A DNA stretch of 64,000 nucleotides, from positions 32,550,001-32,614,000 of the forward strand of contig OZ024746.1 of assembly GCA_964016885.1 (NCBI GenBank), read 5' to 3'. A program made the translations under genes and the position numbers. The notes below the pieces were generated by a model. The model was not told the DNA's origin and made no database searches. It saw only the letters and a list, made by a program, of their open reading frames with translations. Within the stretch, counting starts at the first letter, position 1. The number at the start of each line of letters is the position of its first letter. This stretch comes from Eledone cirrhosa (lineage: Eukaryota). This document shows positions 40,724-54,200 of this stretch, in pieces.

Positions 40724-41064
40724 AGATTGGCAGTATCGGTAGGGGGTCGGACGCCATGCTTTGCTTCAAAATAAGGAGTTAGTGAATTAGTGAGAGAAAA
40801 AATGATAAAGAGAGATAGAGGAAGAATCAACCCCAGTACATGACTGGTGCTTTATTTAGCAACCACAAAAGGATGAAAGGCAAAGTAGACTTCAGCAGGA
40901 CTTAAACTCAAAGTGTTTATGATCTGAGTTCAAATCCCGCCGAGGTTAACTTTGCCTATCATCCTTACGGGGTCGATAAAATAAAGTACCAGTCACTCAC
41001 CGGGCTCGATTTAATCGACTTTCCCCTCCCCTAAAATTGCTGGCCTTGTGCCTATATAAGAAAC
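40724..41064 (+). mobile_element. SINE of the major family interrupted by an opposite-strand SINE fragment
   Basis: Head at 40724-40765, reverse-strand core at about 40830-40910, body resumes at 40918. Confidence 0.75.
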
Positions 41065-41126
41065 CAATAATATAAATCATAAAAAAGAATTGAACAAATA
41101 ATACATTACCAAATTAGAGTGATAAT

Positions 41127-41430
41127 AATTGTTTCATTTATTGGCCACAAGGGCCGATATATAGGGGAAATACAATAGACAGGGACAGTGCGGCCTTACA
41201 TATAAAACGTGTAAAAAATATAAATAACAATAACAAAATAACAAGAAAAATATAATGAGAATTCCCCAATAGGGGGGATAACCACCCAGGGTCGACTCAG
41301 GTACCCCACCAATCCTGAACCCCTCAACGATTCGAGGGCATCCGGGAAGGGCACCCCTCTCCTCCTCAAATTCACCAGTCTACAGGCACATGATCAGAGT
41401 AGGCCCACTCACACGGGCCATTCTCGCCAC
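41127..41430 (-). mobile_element. Severely 5'-truncated Tx1-like LINE with 15-bp TSD
   Basis: Encodes VARMARVSGPTLIMCL* (compare ASMARVNGPTLSMCL at 2913) and ends CCCTTGTGGCCAATAAATGAAA. TSD AATTAGAGTGATAAT at 41112-41126 and 41431-41445. Confidence 0.9.
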
Positions 41431-41700
41431 AATTAGAGTGATAATGATAAATAACAATCAGTTTATTTTCGAGATCGAGAGCACAATATCAAATGTTTAT
41501 TGGCTAGAATTAGAACTTCTTTGCCGTTTTACCGTTATTATGTTTTATTTGATGAATATATATATATAGAAACTCAATACATCTTTAAAGATGAAATAAA
41601 AAAAATATCTAATGGAAACGAAAGTATGAAGTGTCAGTTAAAAAACAATTGTATGATTTCATGTTTGTTACTAGTGTTGATTTTGACTGCAGCAGTAGCG

Positions 41701-41751
<51 letters not shown>

Positions 41752-41989
41752 CATCAACAGCGGCACCGGTAGTAGTAGTAGTAGCAGTAACAGTAGTAGA
41801 GGGGGATTAGAAAAGAATTCCGTGTAGTAGATAACAAAGAGGGGGAGAGTTTGGTGTTGATTGATATAGAGAGGGCTACTGGAAGAGAGTTCTGTGTAGT
41901 AGATATAGAGAGGGGGGGGGAGAGTTTGGTGTTATTTGAAATAGAGAGGGGGATTGGAAGAGAATTCCGTGTAGTGGATATAGAGATAT

Positions 41990-42150
41990 AGACTTCTTTG
42001 CATGTGTTGCATCCCATTGATTGTCGTCTTCAAACAACCCTCTCCGCATACAGGCCTCTTGATAGGTGTTACAAACAGCCCGATTGACTTTAAGAAGTTC
42101 ATCAAAGTCTTGAAGGCCTCTAACTTCATTAAGTATTCTCCTCAAGTGGA
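41990..42150 (-). pseudogene. Helitron RepHel fragment
   Basis: LNEVRGLQDFDELLKVNRAVCNTYQEACMRRGLFEDDNQW resembles L..VRGPTSFEDLRTVNG...TF.EAC..RGLL.DD.EW. Confidence 0.8.
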
Positions 42151-42689
42151 AACATTCATGCTGTCCTGGATGTCTTGTGTAAATTCTACCTAGTGTTTCT
42201 GCTTTACGAACTTCAGGATTGTTTCCTACTGGTCTTTCTTGTTTTCGCCAGTTCTATTTTCCTTTCTGTTTATCAAAGGTGTAGTAGGATGGTATTTGTC
42301 AGTAGAGTTCGTGCCAAGCTGCCAGTTCTACAAAGTTTTAAAAATGCCAGTAAAGTTGTCTTTCTTGTTGCTATTGTTTGTTGGACTGCATAATGTGCTG
42401 TAAAATACACTCGTTTTCCAGAAGTTATCTGGAAGATATGGAGATCAATTCCCCATAGCGGTCGTTGGAAAATTCTTTTTCCGTCTTTTAAGGGTCTTCA
42501 ATTTATTTTCCACACACACACATGCACATGCACACGGACAGAACACACACAGACACATACACACACGCACACACACATAAGCACACACTACACACACACA
42601 CAGAACACACACACGCGCACGCACATACACATACACGCATACAGAACCTCCCCTCACCTCACGCGCATAGACGCACAATTACACACAGA

Positions 42690-42798
<109 letters not shown>

Positions 42799-43349
42799 CT
42801 ATACATGGATTTATTTTTAAAACTCCTAAGTTTTATATTGTTTCTTTACATTTTACTATCGTGGAATTAAAACAAAATCGGTTTTCGGATTTTTATGTTT
42901 GAAACGTGAGAAATTCAGTATCTGCAATTTTTTTTTCCATCATGTATTCACTTTTTGAAATAATGTAGAAAGTAGATTCACAATTCAATCCTCTATAAAT
43001 GTATTTATACATTAATTACATGGTCGTCTTGTAATAGTTGTATTAGTTTCCAAAATAATGATTTATATTATTGAACAAATTTCATGTGTATTCAATAATG
43101 AATGCATTAGTCGCGTTCTGTTTGGTTTTCTGAAAATTTAAAATGCTTTTATTTTCAATTTATTTAGCATAAAAATGTAATTACGAATGCAAACAGTATA
43201 TTCTTATACATCGAATCCAAACGAAATATCATTATATATACAAAATAAAAGTAATTTTTACATTGGGATATTTATATATATTGAAAGAAAACAACAACAA
43301 AGAAAGCAGGTGTGATTCAGACAACCCTAATACGTTATATATATATATA

Positions 43350-43467
<118 letters not shown>

Positions 43468-43604
43468 TACGTATATATATATACATATATATAACCAAAT
43501 GTTAATAAGGTTCATTGATTATTCAATGAATATAGTTTTACAATAGATTAAAAACACTCAACAAAGAAGTTTTCTGGAGTTATTAATATTTTGAATAATA
43601 TACC

Positions 43605-44018
<414 letters not shown>

Positions 44019-44030
44019 TAGATAGATACA

Positions 44031-44988
44031 TTTCTTTATTAGCCACAAGGGCTCAAAAGAAGGGGAGAAATACCAATGGGGAGTTTACATACAGGTATAT
44101 GAAAATAAAACTATTAATAAAATAACAAATAACAATTGAAATCCCCAATAGGGGGGAGGTGTTCTACAGGTGTTGTACACATCCCGAAAAAATGTACAAC
44201 CCTCATCTCCAGGAGCACCAAGAGTGAGTACTCACTTCCTCTCTTCCTCTTTTTCTTCAACCTACAGGCTTATATTGAGAGAAGGCCCAACCACTCGGGC
44301 CATCTTTGCCACATTCACCCACATTTTATAAAATTTGCTGGGGTACAGCACCTCTCTCTCCATCCTGATTCTTCTTCCAAAATGATATTTGAAAAAACGA
44401 ATCAGTTGCTCGCCGGAGAGAAAGGTGTCTGACCTCAGCCCTTTTAACCTCGTCCACCATACAACCTCTTTCACCATAGCCATAACACATAGGAAAACCG
44501 CCTCTCCCTCGTTTTTGAAGGAGGGTCGCGGTTTGATGATGACAATGGACTTGGTGGTCAACTGGATTGGTCCCACCCGCGACAATAGTCGTTCTACATA
44601 GCCCCACATGTCGGTAACGCCCGGGCAGTGTACAAATGCGTGCGCGACGGTTTCCTCGTCGCGCACGCATCTCGGACAGATCTTTTTCGAAGGGTCCCTA
44701 CCCGGGCGCCCGTGTCTGTAGAGCTTGTCTCGAACTGGTAGAGCTCCTCGGTAGAACTGCCAGGCCAGGGACTTTGGGAAGTTGTCCATTGGTCCCGGGC
44801 GGAAGGTCCTACAGAACAGACTGGCCAGTTCGTCCTCCTCTACGCCTAGAGTTTCTCCGAGCGTGTCCTCGCACTTGCTGCGGACCAACCCTCTATAGAA
44901 TGTCGAAGTGGAGTCTCCACTGATCGATCGCCGGGTCCGTTTGCAAGAGGACTGTGAGCGCCTGAGCACATTCGATGTGCCAGTCGCC
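44031..44988 (-). mobile_element. 5'-truncated Tx1-like LINE (different subfamily) inside a (TAGA)n tract
   Basis: ORF 44262-44969 is homologous to 2260-2913 (GPMDNF.KSLAWQ.YRGALPVRDKLYRHG, CPRC..HAFVHC). End CCCTTGTGGCTAATAAAGAAA, with GATA repeats on both sides. Confidence 0.93.
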
Positions 44989-45007
44989 TAGATAGATAGA
45001 TAGATAG

Positions 45008-45093
<86 letters not shown>

Positions 45094-45100
45094 GTACATA

Positions 45101-45131
<31 letters not shown>

Positions 45132-45158
45132 ATATAGATAGATAGATATGTATATATA

Positions 45159-45200
<42 letters not shown>

Positions 45201-45202
45201 AA

Positions 45203-45253
<51 letters not shown>

Positions 45254-45320
45254 AGATATATATAGATAGATAGATATGTATATATATATATGTGTGTATA
45301 TATATATGTGTGTGTGTGTG

Positions 45321-45440
<120 letters not shown>

Positions 45441-45651
45441 ATATAGATAGATAGATAGATAGATATGTATATATATATATGTGTGTGTATATATATATAT
45501 AATTACTTTTTCCAGATTATGGATCTCTGATGTTATAAACATAAAAATCATGAGAGCGCTTTCCAGAACCCATTTATTCGTGTTTGATGTGATGTGTGTT
45601 TGCATGTATGTATCAGATATACATTACATGTTTAATATATATATACGCACA

Positions 45652-45718
<67 letters not shown>

Positions 45719-45862
45719 AGTATATGTTGGTTGTATACCAACACCTCAGTATGCAGATTGGAGCACTCGACGAAGTGCGCAGGTTGGTTTGGTTACTCCG
45801 GAGTAATGTAAAATAAAATAAAATAAATAAATCAAATGTTTAAAATTTAGCTTCGTTTATTT

Positions 45863-45915
45863 CTGCTATATATAATTCGGTGACAGCCATCTTTGGCTGT
45901 GATCTCTTCAGGCAG
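45863..45915 (-). ncRNA. Degenerate hammerhead (family G)
   Basis: Minus strand: CTGC-CTGAAGA-GATC-ACAGCCA-AAGA-TGGCTGT-CACC-GAAT-TATATA-TA-GCAG (GAAT instead of GAAA). Confidence 0.5.
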
Positions 45916-46030
45916 TCCGAATTAGTGTGGTATAGACAAGTACATATGTTGTTGAAGTGTATAACTTTGTCAATACTCTGATATGCCCAGTTCCTGGCTG
46001 GGTTGTTATTTCACTGAGGAACTGGAATCA

Positions 46031-46077
<47 letters not shown>

Positions 46078-46080
<3 letters not shown>

Positions 46081-46289
46081 TTAAGGATACTATTTATGGT
46101 TATGTAATTACTAAAACCTTTTATAGTTATATATATATTTTAAACCCTAAATAGTGAAAGACAGTAATTTATTACTACCTTATTACCAGTAAGATAAATA
46201 GCTCAATGTAATAACATCAGTTGTTCTACAGAATCAATTGTAAGCGAATAAATTGTTTAAACAGAACTTTGATTCATGTAATTTCTATA

Positions 46290-46290
<1 letters not shown>
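46078..46290. mobile_element. Family B PLE terminal fragment with inversion junction near 46230
   Basis: Reverse complement of 13997-14090 / 49183-49338 joined to forward CAATTGTAAGC...GAACTTTGATTCATGTAATTTCTATA; flanked by TA. Confidence 0.75.
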
Positions 46291-46350
<60 letters not shown>

Positions 46351-46351
46351 A

Positions 46352-46395
<44 letters not shown>

Positions 46396-46464
46396 GTTAT
46401 TCCGGGTTGAATCGGAGGTAACCACAGTAAGTAAGGTACTCAATACATAGCAGAGTATAACAGT

Positions 46465-46509
46465 TTCCTGATGATTTCTAATGAATGAAACAGTTCTAGT
46501 CCTGTAGAA
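46465..46509 (+). ncRNA. Hammerhead (family E) in a short TA-embedded insertion 46396-46517
   Basis: TTC-CTGATGA-TTTCTAATGAAT-GAAA-CAG-TTCTAGTC-CTG-TA-GAA. Confidence 0.72.
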
Positions 46510-46514
46510 TCTCA

Positions 46515-46623
<109 letters not shown>

Positions 46624-46800
46624 GTGTGTGTGTGTGTGTTTGTGTGTGTGCGTGTGTGCGTGCTTGAATGTATATATATATATATGAATATGTATATACA
46701 TATGTATATATATATATATATAGTGAAAAATGGAACGGGAACAAAACAGAGAGGCAGTACGAACAAAGGTTTATTAGTTTCACGCTCTTGAGAGTGGGGG

Positions 46801-46946
<146 letters not shown>

Positions 46947-47036
46947 AACGAATGCTATTATCGTTTTTTATTGAGGTGAGGTGCCCGTTTTTATTGGGGT
47001 TCCAGGTTAGGGTTAGGTGAAATAGCAGTAAGAGAG

Positions 47037-47071
47037 CCTTAACGTTTGGGAAGCTAGTCCTTCATCAGAAG
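47037..47071 (-). ncRNA. Degenerate minimal hammerhead (family I)
   Basis: Minus strand: CTT-CTGATGA-AGGACTAGCTTCC-CAAA-CGT-TA-AGG (G12 replaced by C). Confidence 0.35.
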
Positions 47072-47301
47072 AAAGAATGAGAAAGATTGAAGGGGAGGGC
47101 AGGGCTGAATCGGAAAAAATATTTTTAGAGAAAAATAACAGGTCCATTATTTATATATATATATATAGTCGTTTTTATGGACCAAGTCCAATATTTGCAG
47201 TTTTTCACTCTTCGCGAATATCGGAGTGTCATAGGTGTGGTTGTGTATGTCAGTGAATTTTTAGTTCTTTTTGTGTAAGTGTCTGCGTGTGAGTGTGTGG
47301 G

Positions 47302-47365
<64 letters not shown>

Positions 47366-47376
47366 TCACTCTCTCT

Positions 47377-47432
<56 letters not shown>

Positions 47433-47436
<4 letters not shown>

Positions 47437-47660
47437 TTATTAAAATAACAGATTAAAGTTTAAGCAAAGAATCGCTGCTTTCACCCTTAACGGGATCTTC
47501 TGAAACTCAGAAGATCCCGTTAAGGGTGAAGGCAGCGATTCTTTGCTTAAACTTTAATCTGTTATTTTAATAAATATTTGCTCTACGGTTCTTATATATT
47601 TGATATATATTTATTCTTATCGAACCCTCTTTGGATTTTAGTCTTCAAATTTATTATTAT

Positions 47661-47664
<4 letters not shown>
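47433..47664. mobile_element. Fold-back family D fragment: 71-bp arms, each a hammerhead-like motif, plus tail
   Basis: 47433-47503 and 47507-47577 are inverted; the minus-strand motif at 47457-47507 is identical to 34938-34988. Confidence 0.82.
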
Positions 47665-47714
<50 letters not shown>

Positions 47715-47719
47715 TTATA

Positions 47720-47935
<216 letters not shown>

Positions 47936-47955
47936 TATATATATATTTATATATT

Positions 47956-48018
<63 letters not shown>

Positions 48019-48023
<5 letters not shown>

Positions 48024-48890
48024 AGTGGACTATTGTATGCACCTTGCACTGGAGAAACACCAGGACTCTGGCTTTACTGTAGCACCGGCTCAGAGCAGGA
48101 GAGTTAAGGCGAAAAAGATATTGGATGCTGAATTTGCCGACGACATAGTTTTGGTGACAAATACAGTGAAGGAGGCAGAGGATTTGATGCAGGAGGTTGA
48201 GACTGTGTAGATGAGTGTGGGGCTGAGAATGAATGAGACTAAAACAAAATATCTGGTAGAGAATATTGAGAAGCCAAAGGGGATTACTAACGTAGGCGGG
48301 AAGCCGCTAGAATTGGTTGAGAACTTCCTGTATTTGAGAGCACAGATTGGGAATACGGAAGATAATGTGGTTGAGAGGAAGAGCAAAGCCTGGGCGGCGA
48401 GTCACAGCTTGACATCGGTGTGGAAGTCGGACCTTCGTAAAGACCTGAAAATCCGCCTCTTCATTGCTGTAGTGGAGTCTGTGCTGCTGTACCGGTCTGA
48501 GACTTGGACACTGACCAAGAAACTCACTCAGATGGTGGATGGGTGCTACACGAGAATGCTGAGGATGGCTCTGAACATTAATCAGTATACACTGAGGATG
48601 AAAAACTCAGAGCTGTATGGGAGCCTCCCAAAAGTCAGCTCAAAGGTGACACAGAGGAGACTGAGGTTAGCTGGACATGCTCACCGACATCCAGAGTTGA
48701 CATTGCACTCAGTGCTCCTGTCGGAACCCCTACATGGACACACTGGAAGAGGAAAACCAAGGTTAACGTATGTTGATGCCCTAAGGACAGACACTGGTCT
48801 GTTAGAGACGCAGGACATGGCAGTGATAATGAGGGACAGAGACCGCTGGAGAGAACTCGTCCATGGATCTCGGGAATTTTAGCCGCCCTA
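48019..48890 (+). mobile_element. 5'-truncated RTE-like LINE 3' part in (TA)n
   Basis: [24 protein letters not shown]...VENFLYL...ESVLLYRSETWTLT...RRLRLAGH...GRGKPRLTYVD...DRDRWR. Confidence 0.9.
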
Positions 48891-48916
48891 GAATATATAT
48901 ATATATATATATGAAA

Positions 48917-49338
48917 TATATGAAATATAAGAATCAAAGAACTGTTCAAAACATTATTGTGCTTACAGCTGTTTCCTCCAAACCGAGGTTTGGATTCTTC
49001 GGAGCAATTTATTAATGCATGGACAGTTATATGACCTCCTTTTCAGCCGAAAAGGAGGTCATATAACTGTCCATGCATTAATAAATTGCTCCGAAGAATC
49101 CAAACCTCGGTTTGGAGGAAACAGCTGTAAGCACAATAATGTTTTGAACAGTTCTTTGATTCTTATATTTCATATAACTGCTCTGTAAATCAGCTGATGT
49201 TTTTACATTGAGCTACTTAACTTACTGGTAATAAGGTAGTAATACATTACTGCCTACCACTATTTAGGGTGTGTGTAAAATACTTACAACTGCTTAAGGT
49301 TTTGTGTTTACATAACCATAAATAGTATAACTAATACT
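48917..49338. mobile_element. Fold-back family B fragment: 128-bp arms, 4-nt loop, ~160-nt tail
   Basis: 48917-49044 and 49049-49176 appear perfectly inverted, with a hammerhead in each arm. Confidence 0.88.
49087..49133 (+). ncRNA. Hammerhead, variant core CCGAAGA (family B); mirror copy at 48960-49006 on minus strand
   Basis: TGCT-CCGAAGA-A-TCCAAAC-CTCG-GTTTGGA-G-GAAA-CAGCTG-TA-AGCA. Confidence 0.75.
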
Positions 49339-49414
49339 ATATATATATATAGTAATAAATGTGAAGACTGAAATCCCAGATTAAAGTTTAAGTGAAGAAT
49401 CGGTGCTTACACGC

Positions 49415-49452
<38 letters not shown>

Positions 49453-49454
<2 letters not shown>

Positions 49455-50925
49455 AACAAGTAAGACCCCGACGGCTGAGCTCAAGCCGTTTCGACGGCTA
49501 ATTCTGGACTGAATGAAAATTTATTCTGGTATTTAAATAGCCGAGCTTATCAAGGGGTAATTCCATATATGGTCAAAGAGATAATCACCAGGATTGGTCA
49601 CATCACAAGTTAGTAGTAAATCTGTGATGGCAAATTGGTGGAGGAAGGGGTAGCTGAACCTGCCGGTAGGAGAAAAAGGGAGAGGGGGTGGAGTAGACCC
49701 ATTCATGCGTTGGTAGTGCCGGCTACAGCTGGGTGTGAGGTCAAAGAAGATACTGGGGAGGGGGAGGAAGTCGAAACGGTAAGTAGAACAATGTAGGGTA
49801 AAACTATAAAAAGTACTGAGAGAGAAAAAAAAAAAAAAAAAAAAAAAGCAAAGTCTGGTTACTAAGACTTAAGTCTCTCGCTATTGCTAGGCTAAAGAAA
49901 TACATAAATAAATAAATAAACAAATAAGTGAAAGAATAGATAAATAAATAAAAAAAAAATAAATATATATAATGAAGAATAAAAAATAAATAAAAATAAA
50001 CTAGGTGGGACGGAAATAAAGGGACCCTTATACGAGGTATAAGTGCGTGTATCGTACGGTGACGGGTCAACAAAGGGGGGGGGGGGGGGAAATACTAAAG
50101 AGACTACCACGAAATAATAAAGGTTTCTACCCAATCACAGGGCCAGCAACCACCCAGAGCAAGAAAGTAAACTAGTACGAGAATATAATTCAGGGTCCCG
50201 CAAAAAAATACTCGTGCTAACTCTAAGGGTACCGCCACGAAACAAAAAGTCTTATACAAGTTACATGAAAGATCGTACGAAGTAAAAGTAAAGAACGGAA
50301 AATTAATACAGAAACACCCCCCCCCCCCCAAAAAAAAAGGGAAAAAGAGGAAAGAAATACTGGATAAACGAGAAATTAAAGCAAAGATGCCACTAAGAAA
50401 TATAGAAGGCACGGAAAAAAGGGACAGCGGTCGGAGAAGGGGGCAAGTATCCGAAGTCTAACACCTCTGCTATAAAAAGCGGAGTCAGCCAAATCTATCA
50501 TATAATAGAGGAGGGGGTGGTGGTGCTGAAGCTACAAGGGACCGAGGGGTTACCTCGGGTGGGCGAGAAAAAGACGACGACAAAGAAAGGGAACTGGGGT
50601 AGAAGGACTAGGGAGGGATGGGGGGGGGGGGGAGGAAATATAGAGGAAGCGATAAAAAATGTAAAAGAAGATCTTACGTCTCCATTGGCAAGCAGGGGTT
50701 ACCCCTTACAAAATAGGCAAGTGGGGTGTTATAGCCCTAGTCTACCCCCCGGGTCATTATGGGGTTTGAGGGCGAGGTAAGTCCTACGCAATCGGTGTTT
50801 ACATGCAGTAACCAGTTCCTCTTTCTTGTTTAGGAGTTGGTCCGTCGAAAACAGCATTTGTAAAGTTTCCTCCGAGCATAAATGGTGCGTTATGGTCCAC
50901 CTGGTTCCTTACCACATTTCCTTCG

Positions 50926-50928
<3 letters not shown>
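49453..50928 (-). mobile_element. 5'-truncated Penelope-like element, family F, with inverted tail
   Basis: Minus strand 50884-50729 reads LCSEETLQMLFSTDQLLNKKEELVTACKHRLRR (GIY-YIG C-terminus). It has a ~1.2-kb 3'UTR, a hammerhead, an inverted tail at 50884-50928 and TA flanks. Confidence 0.88.
49465..49558 (-). ncRNA. Type I hammerhead ribozyme with U3-A8 covariant core and GUC site (family F)
   Basis: Minus strand: ACCCC-TTGATAA-GCTCGGCTA...TAGCCGTC-GAAA-CGGCT-TGAGCTC-AGCCG-TC-GGGGT. Confidence 0.82.
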
Positions 50929-50985
<57 letters not shown>

Positions 50986-51184
50986 CAACGGAACACTCTG
51001 CTCGTGAAATTAATGTTCAAGTGACTGAGCATTACACAGATACATGTACCGTTAACGTAGTTCTCAGAGAGATTCAGCGTGACACGAATTACAAGTACAA
51101 CTCATTTTTGCCAACTAAGTGAACTTGTGTAACTTGAAATAAAATGTCTTGCTCAATGACACAATGTACATACATACATACATA

Positions 51185-51646
51185 AATATTTATGCAGAAC
51201 TGATGAAAAATCTGCAGATACTCCACCCTGATTACACCTTCAGATTTATGCCTGTGATTATTGGGGCATTGGTTTATGTTAGTAACTACCTCAATACAAA
51301 TCTTGAGAAGCTAAGCTTCACAGGAACAGAAAGAACACAACTAGTTAGGAAATTACAAGTACAATCCATTAATGGAACAGTAAAAATATGTAAAACATTC
51401 CAAAAATTTTGCATCTAATAACTGCATATACACATGTACAGATACAAAGCAAATACACATGCACACATACAACTCAAAACATCCACATCCACACATACAA
51501 TAACATCCATATCTACACATACATGCATACATACATACCTACATAGTTGATGTTGTGTAAATTCCAATGAGAGAGTCTTGTGTCTATGTTAGAAACCGAC
51601 TCTCTCTCTATTGGGAAAACTTTGTGAAATTATAAAACCAGAAGAA
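51185..51646 (+). mobile_element. 3' end of an RLE-type (R4/Dong-like) LINE between (TACA)n tracts
   Basis: YAELMKNLQILHPDYTFRFMPVIIGALVYV...LVRKLQVQSINGTVKICKTF resembles the RLE C-terminus (PIIIGALG...IQ...GT..I); CATA repeats on both sides. Confidence 0.7.
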
Positions 51647-52123
51647 CATACGTACATACATACATGGTGGCTGCCAACTCGTTTTCGAGTACGGCCACTA
51701 CTTTATGTCCATGTAGGAGAACCCCTACCGATGCGCTGAAAGAGTGTGACTTTTTAGTCCAGCCAGCGACTTGAAAACTCTGGTACAAACACTACACTTG
51801 TGACAATTATTGACACATAGTGCTGGGCCCATGGTACCATGTGACGACAAGTGCAGAGAGATCTCCAGATATAAAGCAATGCCTGTGCCGTGAAGCTTTT
51901 ATAGTGAGCAAAGGCTCTGCACAAAGCCAGTCCCACTCTCTTAACCCAAGATGATATTTACCAAAAAGAAGAACATAATACATACATACATACATACACA
52001 TGTGTGTGTTGATGTATAATATACCAAATATGTAATGTATACCTACCTGATGTATATATATGCAATCAGACACATACACGCATTTATTCATCTATCTATT
52101 TACCTACCTATCCACCAACATCC

Positions 52124-52180
<57 letters not shown>

Positions 52181-52490
52181 CCCTTCTTTTGTGCCCCTGT
52201 GGCTAATAAAGAAATATATCTATCTATCTATCTATCTATCTATTTTATTATTCATTGTTATCCATTATTATTGTTAAAGATTTTTATATAAAATCCCCGC
52301 CGTCACATCTTATAATGTCCTATTTTTGTACGCCCTTGTGGCAAATAAAGAAATATATCTATATTATAAATTCTTATTGCCAGTGCATTTCTGTTGTCAA
52401 GGGAAAGTATTATGTAAATGTATCTCATGGGAGTTATTTCCCCTGAAAACATGTTTTCATATATGCATTCTTAGGAGATACTAGCAATTC

Positions 52491-52491
<1 letters not shown>

Positions 52492-52565
<74 letters not shown>

Positions 52566-52688
52566 TGACTACCGTTGCTTCTTCTTCTTCTTCTTCTTCT
52601 TCTTCTTCTTCTTCTTCTTCTTCTTCTTCTTCTTCTTCTTCTTCTTCTTCTTCTTCTTCTTCTTCTTCTTCTTCTTCTTCTTCTTCTT
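52492..52688. repeat. Compound (CTA)n + (TTC)n microsatellite
   Basis: Directly visible; the (TTC)n part abuts the 3' end of the adjacent LINE. Confidence 0.95.
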
Positions 52689-53020
52689 CGCCCATTTATC
52701 CCCGAGAAGGTTATGGAAGGTTGAGTCCTCAAACACTCCTTCCAGCGGCCCCCTCCCCCCTGTCTGAAGCGACCGTGTCCAATTGATCCGGTGGTATCCC
52801 CAAGGCAGGATGTTATCGAGCCATCTTGTTGGAGCTCTACCACTGCCCCCCCCCTACTCGTTGGTTTTGCCTGGAAAAATGTCTTTCCTAAGACATTATA
52901 ATCACATGCTCATAATATCGGAGCTGTGATCTCTCAATTCGGAGAACTAGTGGCTCTACCTGGTGCGACACACTGATCTCCGAGCTACGCACTCTATCGA
53001 GTAAGGTTACTCCAAAGACC
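52689..53020 (-). mobile_element. RTE-like LINE 3' end with (GAA)n tail
   Basis: Frameshifted minus-strand translation GRAPTRWLDNI..LGIPPDQLDTVASDR..RWKECLRTQP matches RGRP..RW.D.I...A.DR..W. Confidence 0.6.
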
Positions 53021-53095
53021 CTTTATATATATATATGAATGTATGTATAGTATATTTGGCAATATACCGTATGTTTAATTAAATATATATATAAG

Positions 53096-53203
53096 TTTAT
53101 CCCGGGTTCAATCGGGGGTAACCGCAGTAAGTAAGGCATTCAATACATAGCATGATGATTTCTTACGAATGAAACAGTTCTAGTCCTGTAGAAGCCATTT
53201 CTA
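53096..53203. mobile_element. Family E fragment: inverted tail joined to a 5'-clipped hammerhead
   Basis: ...CAATACATAGCA|TGATGATTTCTTACGAATGAAACAGTTCTAGTCCTGTAGAAGCC. Confidence 0.75.
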
Positions 53204-53310
53204 CATACATACATACATACATACATACATACATACATACATACATACATACATACATACATACATGCATGCATGCATACATACATACATATATATATAT
53301 ATATTAGTGA

Positions 53311-53430
53311 AGGCGTGTGGCGGAGTGGTTAGAGAATTGGATTCGCAATCGTGAGGTTGTGAGTTCGATTCCTGGACCGACCGTGATGCGTTATGTCCTT
53401 GAGCAAGACACTTTATTTCACGTTGCTCCT
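53311..53430 (+). mobile_element. tRNA-derived SINE head (second family)
   Basis: TGGCGGAGTGGTTAGAG...GAGTTCGATTCC...GTCCTTGAGCAAGACACTT. Confidence 0.8.
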
Positions 53431-53526
53431 TCTACCTGGAGTTGAGACCGATAGATAGTATTAGCAATTGGAAAGACCGACGGACACACTGTTTCCTCGG
53501 TCCGATTTGACGAAAGTCAATCGATC

Positions 53527-53577
<51 letters not shown>

Positions 53578-53653
53578 GCCGTACTAAGAGTGAGAAATGA
53601 AATTTCGTTTCATTATATTACAACTTATATATATATATATATATATATATATA

Positions 53654-53882
53654 AGCAAAAGGGATATTCAATTTGTTGGTAATTCAACAAATATAAATGT
53701 TTATAACTGATTTAGAGCACTCGACAGTTTTTGGAGTATAATATTCAATGATATTAAATAAATGGAAACTATATTTATAAAACCATATTTATTCTATTAT
53801 ATATATTTTAAGGGTACCAAAACTTTGGTAAATAGAATAAATATGGTTTTATAAATATAATTTCCATTTATTTAATATCATT
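53654..53882. mobile_element. Fold-back element: 51-bp arms plus tail; relative at 60691-60830
   Basis: 53747-53797 and 53832-53882 are inverted. The same arm and inverted tail recur at 60691-60830; both are TA-flanked. Confidence 0.65.
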
Positions 53883-53937
53883 ATATATAGCTAGCACACT
53901 GGAAGGTAATATCCGTAGTGGTAGAGCACTCAGCTGA

Positions 53938-54200
53938 AGGCGCATGGCTTAGTGGTTAGAACATTGGGCTTGCAATCGAAAGGTTGTAAGTTCAATTCTC
54001 GGATCGGGTGATGTGTTGTTTCCTTGAGCAAGACACTTTATTTCACGTTGCTCCAGTATACTCAGCTGAAAATGAGTACCAGCAATAGCTGGAGGTTTAA
54101 CCTTGCGATGGACTTGCGTCCTTTCCAGGGGGGAATCTTGTACTCTCAGTCGCTTCACGCCATGAAACCGGGATAAGCACCGGCCAAATGAACCTTCTGG
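53938..54200 (+). mobile_element. tRNA-derived SINE (second family)
   Basis: GGCGCATGGCTTAGTGGTTAGA...AGTTCAATTC...TCCTTGAGCAAGACACTT...GCGATGGACTTGCGTCC. Confidence 0.85.

Noticed and set aside
47005-47017. GGTTAGGGTTAGG telomere-like repeat
   Set aside because: Only two units; expected by chance.
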